Shown here: positions 40,712-50,696 of the stretch, one piece after another
How the letters are laid out: every line of letters begins with the position of its first letter
How positions within the stretch are numbered: the first letter of the stretch is position 1
Origin: an uncultured bacterium
GTDB taxonomy: Bacteria; Acidobacteriota; HRBIN11; JAKEFK01
DNA: 64,000 bases
Assembly: GCA_963777505.1 (NCBI GenBank)
Contig: CAVZQN010000001.1
Span: forward strand, 160,001-224,000
Direction of reading: 5' to 3'
The notes under the pieces: generated by a model
What the model was told of the DNA's origin: nothing
Seen by the model: the letters and a program-made list of their open reading frames with translations, nothing else
The model's database searches: none
Translations under genes and position numbers: made by a program

Positions 40712-41953
40712 ATGTTTAAAATCCAACCTCAATATTGCATCTTTTCTTTGTTGATGCGGACGGTCGTAGGTCTGGCCCTCTGTTCACTTATGGCCTGCAG
40801 TAGCATCCTCAAGAGCCCGGAGCAGGCCAGCATCAAGACCTGGCCCGAGATCCGATCCGATTATCGCGTGGAATCCCTGCGCGCGAGCCTGTACGAGTAC
40901 TCGATCACGTTCGCCGCGGAAGTCGAACTCGCGGCCAGTTCGATTGAGCAACAGACCGCCGATGAAACGGTCCGTCGCAACGCCTTGCTCTGGCGAATCC
41001 GCGCTATCCCTGAAATGCGAAAGGCGTGCTTTCGGATGGAACCGGTGAGCGCCCTCGTCGACGCGTGGACCCTCGCCCGCCAGATGGATCAGCTCTTCAG
41101 CGAAGGCGCGGGCGCCGGTGCGTTCGGCACATTTCAACCGGAGGCCGTCGCGGTGTCGCGCCGCCTCGTAGACCAGCTGCGCGAGATTGGGGGGTCGATC
41201 GCCATGTCTCCCGAAGCAAGAGCCGATTTCGAGCATCGGATCATCGATCCATGGGTCACCGAACATCCGCTCCGCGACATCACCTTCGTGCGTGAATCTC
41301 CGGTTGCACGCTTTGCGGAACAATCGAGGGAACTCGGCGACGCATCCCAGTCCGTCGGCACAATGGAGGAACTGGCAATCAGCCTTTCCCAGCAGGCCCG
41401 AATCTATATGGCGGACATGCCGCGACAGATGCGTGGAGAAGCCGACCTGTTGCGTATTGACATGCTGGCGTCGAAAGATCTGGCGTCGATTCAAGGGGAC
41501 CTGCATGTGGTTTCCGAATCGGCGGGTCGCATCGCGTCGACCGGCGAAAGCATTTCGGCGCTCGTCGAAAACGAGCGACGAATCGTCCTCGAAGAAGGGA
41601 GCCGGCAGCGAGCCCTGGTGATGAATGCCTTGTCCGACGAGCGGAAAGCGGCAATGGACGTGCTTATCCACGCGCTGGCCTCGGAACGCGGTGAACTGCT
41701 ACGCGACGTCGAAACGCAGCGGTTGGCCACGCTCGAGTGGGCGACGGCCGAGCGCCGAGTGGCCATCGAGGAAGTGCGCCGCGAGCTGGCCGGAGCGATT
41801 GTCGCCTTGCGTGGTGAGCGCACCATCGTAGTCAATGACATGCGTGGCATCGTCAATATGGTGATGCTGCGTGTGGCGATTTTCCTGATCGCGGGCGTGG
41901 TGCTCGCGCCGCTCGTCGCCCACGCTTACGCCCGTGTCTGGCCACGGCGCTAA
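40712..41953 (+). CDS. Hypothetical helical lipoprotein-like protein with C-terminal TM, GC-rich
   Basis: SD aaggag before ATG 40712; LMAC lipobox-like; coiled-coil-like body; C-terminal TM plus RR. Confidence 0.7.
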   Translation: MFKIQPQYCIFSLLMRTVVGLALCSLMACSSILKSPEQASIKTWPEIRSDYRVESLRASLYEYSITFAAEVELAASSIEQQTADETVRRNALLWRIRAIPEMRKACFRMEPVSALVDAWTLARQMDQLFSEGAGAGAFGTFQPEAVAVSRRLVDQLREIGGSIAMSPEARADFEHRIIDPWVTEHPLRDITFVRESPVARFAEQSRELGDASQSVGTMEELAISLSQQARIYMADMPRQMRGEADLLRIDMLASKDLASIQGDLHVVSESAGRIASTGESISALVENERRIVLEEGSRQRALVMNALSDERKAAMDVLIHALASERGELLRDVETQRLATLEWATAERRVAIEEVRRELAGAIVALRGERTIVVNDMRGIVNMVMLRVAIFLIAGVVLAPLVAHAYARVWPRR

Positions 41954-42052
41954 CGCGAGCCGGACAATAGTCGTCAATCATAGCGTAATCCAGAGTCCAG
42001 TAACTCCATGCTAAAATCAGTCGTAATTTAGGGATAGCCTTCAGGACTTAGG

Positions 42053-44488
42053 TTGGGGAAGCCTTTGGATGATCGTTTAACAGGTCAGACGGTTTCGCAC
42101 TATCGAATCCTCGCGAAGCTCGGTGGCGGCGGAATGGGAATCGTCTATGAAGCAGAAGATATTTCTTTACGCCGGCGTGTTGCGATCAAATTCCTTCCTG
42201 ACAATTTACTCGATAGCTCTGATGCAATCGAACGCTTTCGACGCGAAGCACGTGCAGCATCTGCTCTGAATCATCCGAACATTTGCACGATCTATGAAAT
42301 TGGTGAGCACGAAGATCGTCCTTTCATCGTGATGGAATTGATGAAGGGTCAAACTCTAAAGCATCGCATCGGTGGACATCCGATGGAGATCGCACACACA
42401 CTGGAATTGGGAATTCAGATTGCTGATGCACTGGATGCCGCACATGCTGAAAGAATCATCCATCGTGATATTAAGCCTGCAAACATTTTTGTGACCGATC
42501 GCGGTCATGCAAAATTATTGGACTTCGGATTAGCCAAACGCACCGTACCTGCGTAGATGAAAACCGGACAGATCACCGCAAGCTTTGAAGAGAGTCTTAC
42601 GAAAACGGGTTCCACAATGGGAACGATTGCGTACATGTCACCCGAACAAGCTCGGGGTAAGGAACTCGATCAACGTACCGATCTTTTTTCCTTTGGCGTG
42701 GTTCTTTATGAAATGGTCACGGGGGCACTGCCGTTTTCAGGAAATAGTTCTGTCGAAGTGTTGGAAGGAATTCTTACAAAAGCTATACGTTTCGCCAGTC
42801 CGATTGAACACAAATCTTCCCGAAGACCTGCAGCACGTTATCGAAAAATCATTAGAAAAAGATCCTGCCCTGCGGTACCAGCATGCTTCTGAAATGCGCA
42901 GCGATTTGCAGCGGCTAAGGCGGGATACCAGCTCAGTAGTAGAAAAACATACAGCCACTCTCACAGAAACTTTGATTCCTATCGTGAGCGAGAATACACA
43001 AAGTGCTCGCAGTCGTTGGCCTTTATATATAGGAATAGCGGCCGCACTCATCGGAATTGGGCTAGCGGCACAATCTTTTTTTAACGATCAAAAACCTGAG
43101 AAATCGCAGACACAATCTGTATCAGTCCAAAATCCATCCCCTTCCATTGCAGTCCTACCCTTTGCAAATATGAGCGATGACAAAGCAAATGAATATTTTT
43201 CGGATGGCCTTGCAGAAGAAATTCTGAATATGCTTGCACAGATTCCTGATCTTCGCGTTACAGCACGCACTTCGTCATTTCAGTTCAAGGGTAAGAACCA
43301 GGACTTGAAGAGCATCGCCCAAAAACTCAACGTCGCTAACATATTAGAAGGAAGCGTACGCAAAGAAGGAAACCGTGTAAGGATCACAGCACAGCTCATC
43401 AACGCAACGGATGGCTTTCATTTGTGGTCTCAGACTTATGATCGTGAAGTGAAAAGTATTTTTGCTGTGCAAGAAGAGATCGCTCATGCAGTAGCAGAGG
43501 CACTCAAAGTGAAGTTACTCAAGAAGCAAGGTTACATCTTCCGGTACAACGAACCCTGAAGCCTACAATGCATTTCTTCAGGGGCGTTTCTTTGGCGAAA
43601 TCAGGACGAAAGAAGGCCGGGAAAAGGCAGTTGAGCACTATCAAAACGCAATCGCACTCGATCCCGAATATGCGCTTGCCTGGGCTGGATTGGCTGAAGC
43701 GCAAGCTTATCAAGCAGGCAATGGTTATGTGCCAAAGGAGGTTGGTTTTAAGAAAGCAAAAGCCTCAATAGAGAAGGCTCTTGAACTGAACCGTGATCTT
43801 GCAGAAGCTTACGCCACTCTAGGCTTGGTCCATATGTGGAGCGATTATGATTGGGAGGGAGCGGAGCAGGCGTTTCAACGTGCTTTGGTTCTTAACCGGA
43901 AAAGTGCAGTTGCGGTACGAACAATGGCTCTGTTTTATTTGTATGTCGGCCCTCTGGAGAAGTCCATTGAATTGGGTCATCAAGCACTTGAGCTTGACCC
44001 GTTAAGTGCCACTACCCATTACAATCTGGGCCGTGCTTATTATTCCGCCGGACGTCTTACTGAATCGGAACAAGCCTTCAAGAAAGCGTTAGAGTTGGCA
44101 CCAACGCATGCAGGTGCGCGGAATTTCCTGGGGCGGGTTTACCTGGCACAGAACCGGCTGGAGGAATCACTCACTGAAATGGAAAAAGTCTCAGACGCTG
44201 ATTGGCGCCTTTTTGGTTTGGCCATTGTGTATCATGCGCTTGGCCGTGAAAAAGAGTCTGAGGCGGCTCTCAACGAACTCATTCGAAAATACACCGAAAA
44301 TTTGCGCTTACCAGATAGCTCAGGTTTACACACAATTAGGCCGGAAAGCTGAGGCTTTCGAGTGGCTGGAACGGGCTTACAATGAGCGCGACACGGGAAT
44401 GGGACTGATGAAATTCGACCCATTATTTAAGCCGATTGCACAAGAGCCCGAGTTTGCAGCGATGCTGAAGAAAATGAACTTGAATTAG
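42053..44488 (+). pseudogene. Ser/Thr protein kinase - TolB-like - TPR protein, fragmented (in-frame TAG plus three frameshifts)
   Basis: [27 protein letters not shown]; TM; SIAVLPFAN...YFSDG; TPRs; breaks at 42554, ~42780, ~43525, ~44300. May be assembly error. Confidence 0.8.
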
Positions 44489-45969
44489 ATTCTGGGGACG
44501 TTTGTGTATTTTGAGGCGGGAGTCGCGCGACCGAACGCCCAACTGCGAATTTTCTTCATCTGCTCTTCCATCGTTTTCGAAAGAGGCACTGTTCGCGAAG
44601 TATTCCGAGTAATATCGGTGATTTCGAAATCCTTTCCTGCATGATATGCATCAACACGAGCTCCTGCGACTGCTTGCTCAATTTCAGCGCCAGTCCAACC
44701 TTTTGTTGCAGCCGCGAGAAACACCAGATCAAACTTCGCAATATCGGCTCCATTTCTACGCAAATGGATATCGAAGATCTGCTTTCGTTCTTCATCATTC
44801 GGAAGATCGATAAAAAACACTTGATCGAAACGGCCTTTGCGGATTACTTCAGCAGGCAGAGCATGAATACGATTCGCAGTAGCAGCGACAAAAACCATCG
44901 GTGGCTTTTCTTGCAGCCATGTTAGAAAAGTTGAAAAGATATGTGTGTTTGAGCCTGACTGCCCTTCATCCATCCCAAGGCTGTTTTCAATTTCGTCAAT
45001 CCATAAAACTGCAGGCGCCATTGCTTCAATTGCGCCAAGCGCCTTATGGAATGCATGCTCCGCATTTCCGTACATCCCGGAAAAAATAAGATTCATATCC
45101 AATCGAAATAAAGGAACCTTCCAAAGTGTGGAAATGGTTTTAGCAGAAAGACTTTTGCCGCATCCGCTCATTCCCATTAACAAAATTCCTTTCGGGACAG
45201 GCATGCCATCTTCTAACGCTTGTTTGCTAAATAATTTTTCGCGGCGGATTACCCAGTCTTTCAGGTTATCCAGACCACCGATCTGAGACAGATCGTTCAC
45301 CGGAGGGACAAATTCCAGGTACCCCGACTTCTTAATCATCATTTCTTTTTCAACAAAAATTTCCTGAAGTACTGCGGAAGGTTCCTGTTTTTTACTGCGA
45401 AAGATGCGATTCAATGTGTGATTAATTTCATTTAAGGTGAATCCTTTCAACGCGAATGAAATTTGGCTTTGCACTTCAGGTGGAAGTGATAACTGGGGAA
45501 ATTGTTGCTGAATTCTTTTCAACTGTTGTAGAACTTCCTCTTCATCTGGAAGTCCAAGGTCAACAAGTAGAATTTCTTTTCTTAGACTTTCCGGAATTTC
45601 CAACTGAGAGGAAACAAGGAAAATATATTTATCTTTATTCTGTAGCGACTGATAGGCATCTCTCAGGCCGCGCAAAACAAAAGGGTCAGAAAAAAAAGCA
45701 GTAAAATCCTTCAGAACATAAAAGCCCTTCTCAGGGGAGGCTTGAATCGCTTGCAAGGCTTTCAAAGGTTCGCGCGAGTCTGGAAATGATCCAGTCGGAG
45801 TAAAACCTGAAAGACACGTCCATATATAAAGCGGATGATCAGCGCCAAACATTTTGGAAGAAAATCCTTCCAGTAGTTGCATGGCGCGGTTTTCTTCCCA
45901 TGTCAACAGATAGACAAGCGGATAGCGCCCTAAAATAGCATTCTTAAGACTCTCAACAACCCCAGACAA
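44485..45969 (-). CDS. AAA+ ATPase (Ycf46/SpoVK-like)
   Basis: IGGLDNLKDW, PKGILL, GMSGCGKS, LWIDEIE, ATANR, RKGRFD. Confidence 0.9.
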   Translation of the reverse strand: MSGVVESLKNAILGRYPLVYLLTWEENRAMQLLEGFSSKMFGADHPLYIWTCLSGFTPTGSFPDSREPLKALQAIQASPEKGFYVLKDFTAFFSDPFVLRGLRDAYQSLQNKDKYIFLVSSQLEIPESLRKEILLVDLGLPDEEEVLQQLKRIQQQFPQLSLPPEVQSQISFALKGFTLNEINHTLNRIFRSKKQEPSAVLQEIFVEKEMMIKKSGYLEFVPPVNDLSQIGGLDNLKDWVIRREKLFSKQALEDGMPVPKGILLMGMSGCGKSLSAKTISTLWKVPLFRLDMNLIFSGMYGNAEHAFHKALGAIEAMAPAVLWIDEIENSLGMDEGQSGSNTHIFSTFLTWLQEKPPMVFVAATANRIHALPAEVIRKGRFDQVFFIDLPNDEERKQIFDIHLRRNGADIAKFDLVFLAAATKGWTGAEIEQAVAGARVDAYHAGKDFEITDITRNTSRTVPLSKTMEEQMKKIRSWAFGRATPASKYTNVPRI

Positions 45970-46048
45970 ATTTCACCGAAAACATTGTAACAGATCTGAT
46001 CCAGCATCCCGCATCGCGCATCTCGCATGATGTTATAATTCTCACCTT

Positions 46049-47473
46049 ATGGCGCATTCGGAACACCTCCGCTTACTTTTAACTGATACCTGGAATCAAT
46101 GGCGGAAATCGAATCCAACTACTACCCCCGATTTTGTAGGTTCAGATCTCACAGGAGCCGACCTCACAAACAAAGATCTTCACGGTGCTCATTTTTCAAA
46201 TTCCACTTTGATAAAGACAAATTTTACAGGCGCTGATCTGACAGGCGCAATTTTTTCCGGGGCAAAACTTGAAGGCGCACGATTTTTCAAAGCTCGAATG
46301 GAAAACATTCAGCTTGATTATGCCGAACTCTCATCCAATGACTTTGCTGGTGCAATTCTTAAAGGTGCACTTCTTCGTTACGCCAATCTGACGGAAGTAA
46401 ACTTGAGTGCCAGTAATCTTTCAGGCGCAAATTTTGATGGTGCCAATTTAGCGAAAGCAAATCTTTCCGTTGCGAATCTTGAAGGAGCCATGTTCCGGAA
46501 TGCAAAAATGCAGGGTGCTAATTTATTTGATTCCAATCTGAATCGAGCAAGTCTGGAAAATGCCGAAGCAGCAGGCGCGAACTTTATGAAGGCCGATGCG
46601 ACAGGCGCCATTTTTACGCATGCCAAACTCCAGAATACTCGGTGGCAAGGCGCGAAAATCAATCAATGTCTTTTGAAAGGCGCCGATTTAACTGAATCGT
46701 TTTTCCGTCAATCTGAAATTCATGATTCCGTCTGGGATGGTGCAATCGCAGCCAGAAGTGATTTTTCGCTTTGCTCGATTAAGAAGTCGAACTTTCGGCA
46801 TGCGGAAATCGAACGAATCAAACTGACAGATGCTGTTATCGAGGAATGTGATTTCGGTGATGCATTGTTAAACAATACTGACTTTCGGTTCACCAGGGTA
46901 CATGCGTGTAAGTTTGCACACGCAAAAATGGCGAATGTATTGTTCTTCAGGCAATCATTGCAGCATATGATCTTTGATGGAGCCGATCTGACTGCGGCGG
47001 ATTTTCGCGAGTGTATGATCGTTGCATCTTCACTTCAATATGCTAATTTAAGTGGCTCACAATTTCGCAAAGCAACGTTCAAAGATTGCAATCTTTTCGG
47101 AATAAAAGCGGCTTCTTCCGACTTCGGAGGTGCGCAGATGGCGAGGTGCAATCTTGGAAAGGCCGACTTCGCAGATGCGGATCTGCGTTTTGCTGTTTTA
47201 ATCGGAGCCAACTTAAAATCCGCAAGCCTAAAGCATGCGAATCTTATTTGTGCTGACTTGCGGGAAGCTCAACTCGTCGGAGCTAATTTTTGGGGAGCTT
47301 CGCTGAGGAAGTCTCGCATCCAGGGTTCAACACGAATTTCAATCTTGCCATATGTTGCTCTTGGAAAAATCTTTTTTCCTATCCAAAAAGTCTTGAAGAA
47401 AAAACAGCAGAAAAAGCTACAAGAACATCAAGAACGAGTTGAAAAACTCGTGAAAGAACGCGTGAAACGGTAA
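46049..47473 (+). CDS. Pentapeptide repeat protein
   Basis: About 400 aa of A(D/N)(L/F)xx repeats after a WNQWR N-cap; basic C-tail. Confidence 0.92.
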   Translation: MAHSEHLRLLLTDTWNQWRKSNPTTTPDFVGSDLTGADLTNKDLHGAHFSNSTLIKTNFTGADLTGAIFSGAKLEGARFFKARMENIQLDYAELSSNDFAGAILKGALLRYANLTEVNLSASNLSGANFDGANLAKANLSVANLEGAMFRNAKMQGANLFDSNLNRASLENAEAAGANFMKADATGAIFTHAKLQNTRWQGAKINQCLLKGADLTESFFRQSEIHDSVWDGAIAARSDFSLCSIKKSNFRHAEIERIKLTDAVIEECDFGDALLNNTDFRFTRVHACKFAHAKMANVLFFRQSLQHMIFDGADLTAADFRECMIVASSLQYANLSGSQFRKATFKDCNLFGIKAASSDFGGAQMARCNLGKADFADADLRFAVLIGANLKSASLKHANLICADLREAQLVGANFWGASLRKSRIQGSTRISILPYVALGKIFFPIQKVLKKKQQKKLQEHQERVEKLVKERVKR

Positions 47474-47493
47474 CTCGATGCTTGATGCGTGAT

Positions 47494-47559
47494 GTAGCCC
47501 CCGGCGTAAGCCGGGGGAAAAGAATGCTTGTTAGCGTTCCAGCCCGCCGAAGGCGGGCG
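47494..47559. repeat. GTAG-type REP-like double hairpin
   Basis: gtag-cccccggc-gtaa-gccggggg and gcccgcc-gaa-ggcgggc. Confidence 0.55.
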
Positions 47560-47572
47560 TAAGAGTAACCAA

Positions 47573-48895
47573 ATGCAACGCAATTCTCCCCCAAGGCTAA
47601 CGCTTTTGGTTATTCTCCTTTTCACAAATTTTGCGCTCGCGTCCGATCCGATTTCAGACTTGATGAATGCAGATCATGATGTCCGCCAGAATGCGGCAAA
47701 ACAAATTCTGCAATCCAAGGATTTACGTTACGTCCCTTCACTTGCTGAGGTTGCATTTTTCTGGACAATCAAACGGAACCGCGAGTCGGTCGATGAGATT
47801 AGCAATGTCCTCCAGAAACTTACCGGCGAGAAAGAGCAGGAAAAATATTTTGAATGGCTTCAATGGATCGGGAAACATCCAGAAATCAAACCATTACCGA
47901 ACTATGTCGCCTTAAAACGCAGTGTTTTTCAAACAATCGATCCGGCCTTAGCTTCATTTCTTGAAAATGAAAGCTCAATTCGAATCAGGCCTGAAGAGAT
48001 TGTTTGGGGTGGAGTTCGCAAAGACGGAATCCCCGCGTTAGTAAATCCTCCGAATATCTCTGCGAGTGAAGCCGGCTATTTGCGCGATTCAGATTACGTA
48101 TTCGGAATCGTTCTTGGCGGTGAAGCCCGCGCTTACCCATTGCGAATTATGGATTGGCATGAAATGGCGAATGATGTTGTCGGTGGGGCTCCAGTATCAA
48201 TTCCGTACTGCACACTCTGCGGTTCTGCGATTGCATACAATCCAAAAATTGGCGAAACAACTTATACCTTTGGTTCATCGGGACTACTTTATCGGTCAAA
48301 CAAATTGATGTACGACCACAATACCCAAAGCCTTTGGAGTGCACTAAGCGGCGAACCTGTGGCAGGCAAACTCGTCGATCGTGATTTGAAACTCGAAGTA
48401 TTACCGATTGTGCGAACGACCTGGGGTGAATGGAAACGTAAACATCCTGAAACTACAGTACTCGATATTCGTACCGGACATGACCGCGACTACAACAAGG
48501 AACCATATAAAGAATATTTTGAAAGCAGTAAAACGATGTTTCCTGTGCCTGTAGAAGATTCAAGAGTTGCTTTAAAAGAGTTTGTTTTTGCACTTCGAAT
48601 TGGAAAAATACGCAAAGCGTATCCATTGAAACTCTTGGCATCGAACCCTTTCCTTCATGATACCGTTGGCGAAGTCAAGGTGGCTCTTGTCACGCAGGCG
48701 GAAGCAAAATCGGTTCGAGCATATCGATGTGATTCGATTCAAGCAGAATCATCATGGAAAGCAGAAGAGGAATTTCTAATTTCACCTGATGGACATACGA
48801 AGTGTCCACGTTTAGGTGGACACCTCGCGTATTGGTTCGGATGGTTTGCGCAATTTCCGGATACGGAACTTTTTACCGCAGAGAACGCAAATTAA
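47573..48895 (+). CDS. DUF3179 domain protein (CxxC), secreted
   Basis: WGGVRKDGIPAL, ARAYPL...HEMAND, YCTLCG, SGLLYRSNKLMYD, YWFGW; ORF track start 47528. Confidence 0.85.
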   Translation: MQRNSPPRLTLLVILLFTNFALASDPISDLMNADHDVRQNAAKQILQSKDLRYVPSLAEVAFFWTIKRNRESVDEISNVLQKLTGEKEQEKYFEWLQWIGKHPEIKPLPNYVALKRSVFQTIDPALASFLENESSIRIRPEEIVWGGVRKDGIPALVNPPNISASEAGYLRDSDYVFGIVLGGEARAYPLRIMDWHEMANDVVGGAPVSIPYCTLCGSAIAYNPKIGETTYTFGSSGLLYRSNKLMYDHNTQSLWSALSGEPVAGKLVDRDLKLEVLPIVRTTWGEWKRKHPETTVLDIRTGHDRDYNKEPYKEYFESSKTMFPVPVEDSRVALKEFVFALRIGKIRKAYPLKLLASNPFLHDTVGEVKVALVTQAEAKSVRAYRCDSIQAESSWKAEEEFLISPDGHTKCPRLGGHLAYWFGWFAQFPDTELFTAENAN

Positions 48896-48896
48896 A

Positions 48897-50552
48897 TCAT
48901 TTCCGTGCTTTTTCGAATTCGTCACCAGGCTTCCAACCGGTTTGTCCGGACATTTCTGCAACACGCCAGCCTATATAAACTCCAAGCCGTGCGAGTTGTT
49001 TACCTGATGAATAATCCCAATTCGAATCGATTTCATCGGAAGGCTGATGATAATGCTTTTCGTTGTATACCTTATAAAGGTTTTCACCATAATCTGCAGG
49101 TTTACCCTTAATTGAGTTCCCCAGATCCAACGAAAATGCAGGGACACCAACACGAGCCATGCTGAAGTGATCGGATCGATAATAGTATCCGGCTTCAGGA
49201 TGTTGTTCCGGTACAATCGATAATCCCATAGCTTTTGTAATCTCCTGAACCAAAGGCCAGACAGAAGTCCGTTCAGAGCCGGTTAAAACAACATCAGTGG
49301 TTTCACCAGCTAATGTGACTCCGTCATAATTCAGGTTCAGCATCATCTTTTTTGCAGGCATAGTTGGATTTTGTCCGAAATATTCTGAGCCTTTCAGGCC
49401 GCGTTCTTCACCTGTTACAGCAAGAAACAAGATCGAGCGTGGCGGCCTAACAGATGAGGATGCAAATGCGCGAGCCAATTCAATAAGAAGTGCGGTACCG
49501 GAAGCATTGTCCAGTGCACCATTGTAAATATTATCTCCATCCACAGGCACGCCGACACCTAAATGATCATAATGTGCGCTATAAACAATTGCCTCTTCCT
49601 TGAGTTTTGGATCAGAACCTTCCAACTTACCAACTACATTCTCTGCATGAAGTGGGCGTGTTTTAGCAAGAAGTTTTCCTTCAACTCGCAAAGGAAGTTC
49701 TATAGGCTTGAAACCTTTCGTTTTTGCTTTATCAAATAGCGAAGTAAGATCGGTTCCTGAAGCAGCAGCTATCTTTTTCGCAACATCTTCATGGATCCAT
49801 CCTGCCATCGGTACTGCATACTGCCCTTCCGGATTTGCAAGGAAAGCTTGTTCACCGGACCACGAATTGCGAACCACATTCCAACCATAACTTGCCATCG
49901 CTGTGTTATGAATTAATAAGATTCCGGCAGCTCCCTGTCGCGCAGCTTCTTCATATTTATATGTCCATCTGCCGTAGTAGGTCATTGCTTTACCGCCAAA
50001 CAGTTTTGGATCGCCTAGCGGGGGATCATTGACCAGGGCAAGGACAACTTTTCCTTTCGGATCTATTCCGCTGTAGTCATTCCAACCAAATTCCGGAGCA
50101 GTGATTCCATAGCCGACAAAAACGAGAGGTGCATTGATTATTTCTTCACTCTTGTGAGTGAGTGCATTTGCAATGAAGTCATCCAAATATCTCAACGGCA
50201 TTGGATCACCCTTTGAAGGCACAAGCTTCAAGGTCGTTTCAGGTGATGTTATTAAGCCGAGCAAGGGTACTTCTTGCATATAGGTTCCCTTTTCTCCGGC
50301 TGGTTTCAACCCGGCTTGTTGAAATTGTGTTGCGATATATGCGGCCGCAATATCTCCCCCACGTTGTCCGGTGCCTCTTCCTTCAAGCAAATCGCTTGAA
50401 AGAAATTGAAGATCCGCCTTCATACGATTTGTATTGAATGCATCAGCAATCTTCTGAGCAGCAGGTGGAACAGTATTCGTTTTTTCAGCAGCAAGATATG
50501 CTGTTGTTAACAGGATCGCAGCCAGAGTTAGCTGCATCAATCTCTTCATCAT
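48897..50552 (-). CDS. M28 family metallopeptidase with PA domain
   Basis: SAHYDHLG, GALDNASG, GEERGLKGS, RSDH, YHQPSD; signal peptide. Confidence 0.93.
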   Translation of the reverse strand: MMKRLMQLTLAAILLTTAYLAAEKTNTVPPAAQKIADAFNTNRMKADLQFLSSDLLEGRGTGQRGGDIAAAYIATQFQQAGLKPAGEKGTYMQEVPLLGLITSPETTLKLVPSKGDPMPLRYLDDFIANALTHKSEEIINAPLVFVGYGITAPEFGWNDYSGIDPKGKVVLALVNDPPLGDPKLFGGKAMTYYGRWTYKYEEAARQGAAGILLIHNTAMASYGWNVVRNSWSGEQAFLANPEGQYAVPMAGWIHEDVAKKIAAASGTDLTSLFDKAKTKGFKPIELPLRVEGKLLAKTRPLHAENVVGKLEGSDPKLKEEAIVYSAHYDHLGVGVPVDGDNIYNGALDNASGTALLIELARAFASSSVRPPRSILFLAVTGEERGLKGSEYFGQNPTMPAKKMMLNLNYDGVTLAGETTDVVLTGSERTSVWPLVQEITKAMGLSIVPEQHPEAGYYYRSDHFSMARVGVPAFSLDLGNSIKGKPADYGENLYKVYNEKHYHQPSDEIDSNWDYSSGKQLARLGVYIGWRVAEMSGQTGWKPGDEFEKARK

Positions 50553-50589
50553 TTATAAACTCCAAGAAAATTTTGTGGTAGTAGTACGC

Positions 50590-50694
50590 TGAGGCCCGGC
50601 TTTGCGGAGATGAGGAGCGAAAGCCGGGCCTCAATATTCTAATACAAAAAGCCCGGCCCTCGCACCCTGCATCCGCAGGGCGGGCCTTAGGGCT
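50590..50694 (-). terminator. Two GC-rich hairpins; the distal one is a probable rho-independent terminator
   Basis: tgaggcccggcttt...aaagccgggcctca; second stem followed by TTTTT on the minus strand after 50697..52025. Confidence 0.55.
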
Positions 50695-50696
50695 GA

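Noticed and set aside
40784-41856. Long antisense ORFs (295 aa and others) in the GC-rich gene
   Set aside because: Expected from stop-codon scarcity at high GC3; the sense ORF has an SD, lipobox and TM
42554-42556. In-frame TAG as stop-codon recoding or pyrrolysine
   Set aside because: TAG terminates other genes normally here (haloperoxidase, CHAT, cNMP), the same gene has several indels, and compensating indels explain it
47573-48895. DUF3179 as a selenoprotein
   Set aside because: CTLC is encoded by two TGC codons and there is no in-frame TGA
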